This document shows, one piece after another, positions 57,752 to 64,000 of a DNA stretch of 64,000 nucleotides (the stretch's first letter is position 1; each line of letters opens with the position of its first letter). The translations under genes and the position numbers were made by a program. Origin of the DNA: an uncultured Gammaproteobacteria bacterium (GTDB lineage: Bacteria > Patescibacteriota > Microgenomatia > Daviesbacterales > UBA10151); contig CAYMTV010000001.1 in NCBI GenBank assembly GCA_964393525.1, forward strand, positions 1,545-65,544. The letters run 5' to 3'. The notes beneath the pieces were generated by a model. That model worked only from the letters and a program-made list of their open reading frames with translations. It was not told where the DNA came from and did not search any database.

Positions 57752-59029
57752 ATGGTAGACATTAATTTTATCCGAGATAATTTAGATATTGTAAAAAAGG
57801 CCGCTCAAGATAAGGGTCTGGAGATAGATTTGGACAAATTATTGGAGCTTGATCAAAAGAGAAGGGATTTAATTGTTGAGGTTGAGAATCTTCGGCAAAA
57901 AAGAAACCAGACGGCAAAAGACAGGAATGTTGAAGAAGGTAAGAAAATAAAAGAACAGTTGGATGGGTTGGAGGCAAATTTAAGGACTGAGGAAGAACGC
58001 TTTAACCATATGATGCTTTTTGTGCCGGGTATTCCTTCATCTGATTCACCGGTTGGTCCTGATGCCACATATAATAAAGAAGTTACTAAATGGGGTGAGA
58101 TTCCAAAGTTTGATTTTGAAGCAAAAGACCATGTAGAAATTGGAAAAGCACTGGATATTATAGACTTTGAAGCCGGAACGAAAGTCTCGGGGTTTAGGGG
58201 GTACTTTTTAAAAAATGAAGGTGCGATTTTACATTGGGCAGTTTTAAGTTATGCTTTTAACAAAATAGTTGCCAAAGGATTTAAACCAATGGTTCCGCCC
58301 ACCCTAGTCCATGAGCCGGTTTTAGTAGGCAGCGGACATTTTCCTTTTGGTAAAGAAAATGTTTATCAGATTGCCAACCCGGGTAAACTTGCAACCGGCG
58401 AAGATATTAAAAACCCGCTTTTTTTGACAGGCACCTCCGAGCCGTCGCTTTTGGCTTATTTTATGGATGAAACCTTAAAAGAAGAAGATCTGCCAATTAA
58501 AATTTGTGCCCTTACTCACTGTTATAGATCGGAAGTAGGTGATTATGGAAAAGATACCAGAGGGCTTTTCAGACTGCATGAATTTGATAAAGTAGAGCAA
58601 GTTGTGATCTGTAAAAATAGTTTGGAAGAATCGGAAAACTTGTTTCTGGAAATGCAAAAATTCTCCGAAGAAATCCTTCAGGAGCTGGGAATTCCCTATC
58701 ATATAATTGCTACCTCTACTGGAGACATGGGTGCAGGCAAATACCGGATGAATGATATTGAGTGTTGGATGCCTGGACGGGATAAGTACGGGGAAACTCA
58801 CTCAAATTCCAATTTAACAGATTGGCAGGCCAGAAGATTAAATTTAAAATTTAAGGCCAAAGATGGGAAAAATTATTATTGTTATACCTTAAACAATACG
58901 GTTATAGCCTCACCCAGGATTCTAATTGCCATTTTGGAAAACTTTCAGCAAAAAGACGGTTCGGTAAAAATTCCTAAACCTTTACAAGAATATGCTGGTT
59001 TTTCGGAAATCACTCCTAAAAAGAAGTAA
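57752..59029 (+). CDS. serS: Seryl-tRNA synthetase
   Basis: N-terminal coiled coil and class II motifs (FRLHEFDKVEQ, GAGKYRMNDIE), 425 aa. Confidence 0.9.
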   Translation: MVDINFIRDNLDIVKKAAQDKGLEIDLDKLLELDQKRRDLIVEVENLRQKRNQTAKDRNVEEGKKIKEQLDGLEANLRTEEERFNHMMLFVPGIPSSDSPVGPDATYNKEVTKWGEIPKFDFEAKDHVEIGKALDIIDFEAGTKVSGFRGYFLKNEGAILHWAVLSYAFNKIVAKGFKPMVPPTLVHEPVLVGSGHFPFGKENVYQIANPGKLATGEDIKNPLFLTGTSEPSLLAYFMDETLKEEDLPIKICALTHCYRSEVGDYGKDTRGLFRLHEFDKVEQVVICKNSLEESENLFLEMQKFSEEILQELGIPYHIIATSTGDMGAGKYRMNDIECWMPGRDKYGETHSNSNLTDWQARRLNLKFKAKDGKNYYCYTLNNTVIASPRILIAILENFQQKDGSVKIPKPLQEYAGFSEITPKKK

Positions 59030-59038
59030 TACCGGTTT

Positions 59039-60256
59039 TTAATTTTCTCCGGTTTCCTGTCTTTGTCTTAGCCTTTCAATAGCAGATGTTGGTTCGCCTT
59101 CCGTGGTTGCTTCCGGGCTAGCACCTGCTAGCTGACCTAAAGTAGTTGGCTCGGTTTCTGCCGAAGAGGTTGCAACAGGTATTGGAGTAGGCTCGGCAGT
59201 TGCCACCACCTGCTGTGGAGGGTTAGTTAAAGGTTGTTGTTCGGCTTGAGGCGAAGGAGAGGGGGCTGATTTACCAATCCCTAAAAAGAAATAAGCCGAA
59301 GCTGCAGTTACCAAAAGTACAACAACTATTCCTCCGCCAATTAAAAGCATAGGCATTTTTGAGCCTTGTCCGGCAATTTTTACGGGTTCAGGACCAGCAG
59401 CAGTTGTCGGCGGGACGACTAAATTTTCCGGAGTAGCGACCGGCGGGTTATAGACATTTTCCGGGGGGGGTTGGTCAATGTTTCCGGTGAGTTGGGACAA
59501 ATCAGTTGGAGCCGGTTCTTGAGCATTTGGAGGTTGATAATTGTCCTGGTTAGACCCAGGGGTTTCTGCCCAGGAGGGTACACCTCCTGCTCCGTTTGTC
59601 TGAGTATCAGCAGTTGGTTGCTGCGGAGTGCCTTGGGGACCTGGACTGGGAGTTTGTGCCGGGGGTTGGATGCCAGCAGGAGAAGCATTTGTGTTTTCCG
59701 GCAAAGGAAAGGTTGGAACAGGGGTCTGGCTCAAATTGGAGTCCTGAGGAGTTCCAATATTAGATTGCACTGCCGGATCTTGCGGCATAGCCGGGATGGG
59801 GTTGTTGGTTGGGGGATTTGAGACAGAGGTTTGCAAGGGATTATTTGCAATAGGCGTCTCCGGAGATGGAGCCGCAGTAGTTGGGTCCGGGGGTAAAGAA
59901 GTTGAGTTAGCAAAAGGATTTGGTGGTGCCGAGAGATCATTACCCAAGGCTGCAGGAGGCGGCTGGTTTAGGCCTGCATCAAATGAGGAAGCTACCGGAG
60001 GAGGTTGAGGTGGGGCATAGCTGTTAGTATCCCACGGTGAAGGAGCTGGGTTTAGTGGAGGGGGCGCAGGAGTAGAAGTTGCTGTGGTATTAGGGTTCAT
60101 TGGATTGCTAAAAGATGCCGCAGGAGGAGTCTGATTAAGAGAATTGTCTTGGGGTGGACCGACTGAAAAACTAGGATTTGAGTCCTGCGGGTTTGGCGGA
60201 AAACCGGAAGGAGGGGTTGATCCTGGAGGGTTATTGTTAGGTATCTGGTTATCCAT
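59039..60256 (-). CDS. Proline-rich low-complexity protein with a C-terminal-proximal TM helix
   Basis: About 35% Pro/Thr/Ser/Asn/Gln composition and one TM helix (LLIGGGIVVVLLVTAASAYFFLGI). Confidence 0.45.
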   Translation of the reverse strand: MDNQIPNNNPPGSTPPSGFPPNPQDSNPSFSVGPPQDNSLNQTPPAASFSNPMNPNTTATSTPAPPPLNPAPSPWDTNSYAPPQPPPVASSFDAGLNQPPPAALGNDLSAPPNPFANSTSLPPDPTTAAPSPETPIANNPLQTSVSNPPTNNPIPAMPQDPAVQSNIGTPQDSNLSQTPVPTFPLPENTNASPAGIQPPAQTPSPGPQGTPQQPTADTQTNGAGGVPSWAETPGSNQDNYQPPNAQEPAPTDLSQLTGNIDQPPPENVYNPPVATPENLVVPPTTAAGPEPVKIAGQGSKMPMLLIGGGIVVVLLVTAASAYFFLGIGKSAPSPSPQAEQQPLTNPPQQVVATAEPTPIPVATSSAETEPTTLGQLAGASPEATTEGEPTSAIERLRQRQETGEN

Positions 60257-60481
60257 GGCAGTTTTTATTTGGACGTTTCTTAGCTTCGTTAAGCATAGTT
60301 CCTTTCAGTGGAACTATGAGCGGACGACCTACTGTTGTTCTATATAGTTTATACTACCGAAAAGTCCAGTACAAGCTGGTTCTACTTAATACCGATTTAA
60401 TTTTAAGATATTTTAATTTGCAATGTCCATACTTAATGAACTTGCTTGTTATAGTCTGAAGCGAATATAATATGCTGCAAT

Positions 60482-63418
60482 ATGTTTAACATTTTCTCCA
60501 AACTAATTGATGCTAATGCCCGGGAGATAAACCGGCTTTCTCAAATCGTCAAGACTGTTAATGAACAGGAAGCCAAGCTTAAAAGGGTTTCGGATAAGGG
60601 ATTAAGAGAACGGGCAGATGCTCTAAGGAAAAAATTCCAGAAAGAGGGAGATCTGGATGCATTACTCCCTGAGGCTTTCGCGCTGGTTCGGGAAGCCTCT
60701 TTAAGAACCAATAAACAAAGGCATTTTGATGTCCAGCTGATGGCAGCAGCAGCTTTGCATCAGGGTAAAATTGCTGAGCAAAAAACCGGAGAGGGAAAAA
60801 CTTTATCGGCCACTCCGGCCGTTTTTCTAAATTCGTTAACCGGCAAGGGTGTTCATCTGGTGACGGTAAACGATTATTTGGCAAGACGAGATGCCGGTTG
60901 GATGGGTCCTATTTATCATATGCTTGGAGCATCGGTTGCGGTAATAGTTCATGAAGCCGCATTCATCTATGATCCAAAATATTCCGATAAGCAGGCTAAA
61001 GATAAAAGGCTGAAGCATCTAAAGCCCATCACCCGCAAAGAGGCTTACGGGGCCGACGTAACCTATGGAACTAATAATGAGTTCGGGTTTGATTATTTGC
61101 GTAACAACATGGCCCTGTCTTTGGAAAATCAGGTCCAAAGAGGTCACTATTTTGCAATTGTTGATGAGGTCGACTCTATTTTGATTGATGAGGCAAGGAC
61201 TCCGCTTATTATCTCAGCACCTGCTCAGGAGCCCACCGAAAAATACATTAAGTTCTTCCAGATTGTCGAAAAACTCTCTAAAGATACAGATTTTGTGATC
61301 GACGAAAAGCTTAGGACTGTGCATCTGACTGAGCATGGTACTATTAAGGTAGAAAAAATTCTCGGGACTGATAATCTATATGAAAAAGATTTTTCTTCAC
61401 TTCATCACCTTGAAGAGGCTTTAAAAGCCAAAACCCTGTTTCATAAAGACAAGGATTATGTCGTAAAAGACGGGGAAGTTGTAATAGTTGATGAGTTTAC
61501 AGGTAGGCTAATGCCGGGCAGAAGATATTCGGAAGGATTGCATCAGGCAATTGAAGCCAAAGAAGGAGTGCCAATCCAGCAGGAATCTCAAACTTTAGCC
61601 ACCATCTCCTTTCAAAATTACTTCAGGATGTATGAGAAACTGGCCGGTATGACAGGTACAGCTGCAACAGAGGCTGAGGAATTTCATAAAATTTACAAAC
61701 TTGATGTAGTGGTTATCCCGACCAATAATCCAATGGTGAGACGTGACCTCTCTGATGCAATCTATAAAACCCAAACAGCCAAATATACCGCGGTTGCCAA
61801 TGCAGTTGAGGAGATCTACAAAAGCGGGAGGCCGGTATTAGTTGGAACTACCTCGATCGATAAAAATGAATTCTTATCCGAACTTCTCAAAAGAAAAGGT
61901 ATATCGCACGCGCTTTTAAATGCCAAAAACCACGAAAGGGAGGCAGAGATTATCGCCGAAGCCGGTCAAAAAGGGGCTGTAACAGTTGCTACAAACATGG
62001 CGGGAAGAGGAGTGGATATTACTTTAGGCAAAGGAGTCCAGGATCTGGGTGGGCTGTATGTTATTGGTACCGAGCGTCATGAATCAAGAAGAATTGATAA
62101 CCAGCTTAGGGGAAGATCCGGACGACAGGGAGACCCCGGAGAAACCAAGTTTTTTGTTTCGCTTGAGGATGATTTGATGAGGATTTTTGGAGGCGAGCAA
62201 GTTGCAAATGTCATGAATTTTTTAAAAATGCCTGAGGATGTACCGATAGAAAACGCGCTTGTTTCAAAAGCAATAGAGGGAGCACAAAAGAAAGTTGAGG
62301 GTCACAATTTTGATATTAGAAAACACACTGTTGAATATGACGATGTCATGAACCAGCAGCGCCAGATAATTTATGGTGTTAGAAAACAAGTACTCGAGGC
62401 TGCAGCGAGTAAAGAAAAAGCACTTGAGTTAAGAGAAGAGATTTTAGGAAAAGTTGAAGGGGAGATCGGAAATATTGTTTTGGTAAACAGTGAAGAGGTA
62501 ACTGATCTGCCCGACCGGCAGGCCCCGCTTGCGGGGCAGGCGGGTTTAGAAAAAATTGTCGGTGATTTCTCAACCATCATTCCATTTGATGAAGGAAGTA
62601 AAGATGGTTTGCTTGAGCAACTTAAACAGCTTGAGTCAACGGATCAGGTTAAGGATTTTTTGAGCAAGCTTGCCAGGGATTTGTATGAGATGAAAGAAAA
62701 ACAGGTCTCGCAAGACATCTCCCGCCAGATGGAAAGCTTTGTTTACTTAAATACAATTGATACCCTTTGGATTGAGCACTTGGATACAATGGATGATTTG
62801 CGGGCAGGTATTGGACTTCGCGGTTATGCCCAGAGAGACCCTTTAATTGAATATAAAAAGGAAGGGTTTAATTTATTTGAGAGACTTATAGCCAACGTTG
62901 ATTCAGAAGTGGTTCATCGTATATATAAGGTAGCTGTGGAGGGACAACAACCAATTACTGTAGAACCACCAGTTGATTTATCCAAAGCGGTTGAGGTCCA
63001 TCAGGAAGCTTTAGATGAGAAAGAATTATTAGAAGAAGTAGGTCAGTTAATGCCTTCTGTTCCAGAAGTCAGGCCGTCTAAAGATACAAGGGTTAGAGTA
63101 GATAGAGGTTTAGAAGTAAAAGACACTCCATTTGATGGAATTGATCATACAGCCGGCACTAAAGTGATCGTTGAAGGATCCAGCAATGATACGCTTTACT
63201 CTACACCTACAGTTTCGGAACCAGTCATTGAATCGCAGCCTCAAATTCAGAGTTATCAAGAGGGTGCCACAAAAGTAATGATCGAACGGGGCGGGGAAGT
63301 TGTCTCAACTCAAACTTATGATTCAGGCGGGGCCTTAAGAAGAAACAAAATTGGCAGAAACGACCCTTGCTGGTGTAGAAGTGGGAAAAAATGGAAGCGC
63401 TGCCACTATCCTAATTAA
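60482..63418 (+). CDS. secA: Preprotein translocase ATPase SecA
   Basis: DEAD-like motor motifs, preprotein cross-linking and wing domains, and a C-terminal Zn finger CWCRSGKKWKRCH. 978 aa. Confidence 0.95.
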   Translation: MFNIFSKLIDANAREINRLSQIVKTVNEQEAKLKRVSDKGLRERADALRKKFQKEGDLDALLPEAFALVREASLRTNKQRHFDVQLMAAAALHQGKIAEQKTGEGKTLSATPAVFLNSLTGKGVHLVTVNDYLARRDAGWMGPIYHMLGASVAVIVHEAAFIYDPKYSDKQAKDKRLKHLKPITRKEAYGADVTYGTNNEFGFDYLRNNMALSLENQVQRGHYFAIVDEVDSILIDEARTPLIISAPAQEPTEKYIKFFQIVEKLSKDTDFVIDEKLRTVHLTEHGTIKVEKILGTDNLYEKDFSSLHHLEEALKAKTLFHKDKDYVVKDGEVVIVDEFTGRLMPGRRYSEGLHQAIEAKEGVPIQQESQTLATISFQNYFRMYEKLAGMTGTAATEAEEFHKIYKLDVVVIPTNNPMVRRDLSDAIYKTQTAKYTAVANAVEEIYKSGRPVLVGTTSIDKNEFLSELLKRKGISHALLNAKNHEREAEIIAEAGQKGAVTVATNMAGRGVDITLGKGVQDLGGLYVIGTERHESRRIDNQLRGRSGRQGDPGETKFFVSLEDDLMRIFGGEQVANVMNFLKMPEDVPIENALVSKAIEGAQKKVEGHNFDIRKHTVEYDDVMNQQRQIIYGVRKQVLEAAASKEKALELREEILGKVEGEIGNIVLVNSEEVTDLPDRQAPLAGQAGLEKIVGDFSTIIPFDEGSKDGLLEQLKQLESTDQVKDFLSKLARDLYEMKEKQVSQDISRQMESFVYLNTIDTLWIEHLDTMDDLRAGIGLRGYAQRDPLIEYKKEGFNLFERLIANVDSEVVHRIYKVAVEGQQPITVEPPVDLSKAVEVHQEALDEKELLEEVGQLMPSVPEVRPSKDTRVRVDRGLEVKDTPFDGIDHTAGTKVIVEGSSNDTLYSTPTVSEPVIESQPQIQSYQEGATKVMIERGGEVVSTQTYDSGGALRRNKIGRNDPCWCRSGKKWKRCHYPN

Positions 63419-63427
63419 GTCTCTATT

Positions 63428-63525
63428 TATTTCCGAAGGAAAGAGGCCGAATGGACTCATTTCCAAAGGAAAGAACTTGTTCATTTCCGAAGGAAAGAGG
63501 CCGAATGGACTCATTTCCGAAGGAA
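63428..63525 (+). repeat. Tandem direct repeats (30-bp unit x2 plus degenerate copies; 4x ATTTCCRAAGGAAA core)
   Basis: ATTTCCGAAGGAAAGAGGCCGAATGGACTC occurs at 63428 and 63482. The core 13-mer recurs at 63458 and 63512. Confidence 0.55.
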
Positions 63526-63571
63526 AAAAGCTGTGCTTTATTTCTCGGGGATTTTTTATTATTGTTTGTTA

Positions 63572-64000
63572 ATGCGAAGCTTTTTTAGTAAATATTTAGC
63601 TGAGACTTGTTACTTATTAGTTATTATAACCACTCCTTTAAGCTGGAAGATTCTCAGTACCAATTTAGTTATTTTTATTCTTGCCGTTGCTGCAGGATTT
63701 ATTATATTAAGAAATTATCCTGCCAAATATCAACCTAGAAATTATCTAGTTTTAATTACAATAATCTTAACCCTTCTTTTTATCCAATTTAAGAATGTTA
63801 ACTTACAACATCAATACTCTTTAAATGATTATCAAAAACAAGTTATACAAAGAAGAGTAGCCCTTTACCCTAAGGGGTTTAAAAAACTTGGTAATATTTT
63901 TGAATCAAATAAAGAAATTAATGTTTTAAGAAAAATCAAATCCAATTTTTTTGAGATATTCGAGTTAAAGTTTCTATTCTGGGGAAATTTTTTAATTCTT
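63572..64000 (+). CDS. Hypothetical polytopic membrane protein, 3'-partial
   Basis: ATG at 63572 followed by a 143-codon open frame with at least 3 hydrophobic helices, running to the window end. Not in the ORF track because no stop codon falls inside the window. Confidence 0.35.
   Translation, partial: MRSFFSKYLAETCYLLVIITTPLSWKILSTNLVIFILAVAAGFIILRNYPAKYQPRNYLVLITIILTLLFIQFKNVNLQHQYSLNDYQKQVIQRRVALYPKGFKKLGNIFESNKEINVLRKIKSNFFEIFELKFLFWGNFLIL

Noticed and set aside
63419-63549. Possible mini-CRISPR array (30-bp repeats with ~24-bp spacers)
   Set aside because: Only two full repeats are present, the spacer itself is a degenerate copy of the repeat, and no cas genes are nearby. It fits a tandem duplication or binding-site array better.

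Overview
This is a low-GC, gene-dense window that looks like a Patescibacteria/CPR-type genome, judged from a class I LysRS, an archaeal-type AspRS, a split transketolase, many short or absent mRNA leaders, and PT-rich surface proteins. The composition and lineage call are impressions, not computed. Most genes are housekeeping: a shikimate cluster (aroE-aroD-aroC), four aminoacyl-tRNA synthetases (aspS, gltX, lysS class I, serS), tRNA-Gln and tRNA-Glu, secA, lon, a pentose-phosphate set (rpiB, rpe, split tkt, PfkB kinase, LacD-like aldolase), nrdR-nrdJ-btuR, and an H+-pyrophosphatase with two-component regulators. Between these sit accessory modules. One is a copper island (csoR, cupredoxin-like protein, copA, DsbA-like, CcdA-like membrane protein with a C-terminal cupredoxin-like domain, copZ), with a separate CopC-cupredoxin fusion elsewhere. 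Another is an exopolysaccharide module: a short sugar-nucleotide dehydrogenase next to a giant GT2(QxxRW)-LysM-beta-helix fusion, preceded by a BNR-repeat protein. A third is a set of cell-envelope genes (two PBP5-type carboxypeptidases, an L,D-transpeptidase, a PKD protein, a CAP-like protein, and an anchored cyclophilin). There is also an S1 protease followed by a free-standing paralog of its own propeptide. I found several repeated non-coding elements. A 15-nt duplicate of the tRNA-Gln 3' end lies 248 bp downstream of the intact gene, which reads as an integration scar. A repeat of about 55 bp occurs in inverted copies near tRNA-Gln and upstream of lon. A roughly 60-bp hairpin repeat lies upstream of tRNA-Glu and of plsC. 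A 25-bp TATACGC-repeat motif sits upstream of rpiB and the PfkB kinase, an ATGCACRTGCAT palindrome upstream of two unrelated genes, a CsoR-type operator, NrdR boxes, and a CIRCE-like element over a lon promoter. No CRISPR array, rRNA, integrase or transposase was recognisable. I saw no confidently novel multi-gene system. The most unusual candidates are the protease plus trans-propeptide pair, the GT2-LysM-PbH1 fusion, the tRNA-Gln scar with its dispersed repeat, and the gene with an HExxH motif and a perfect-palindrome operator beside tRNA-Glu.
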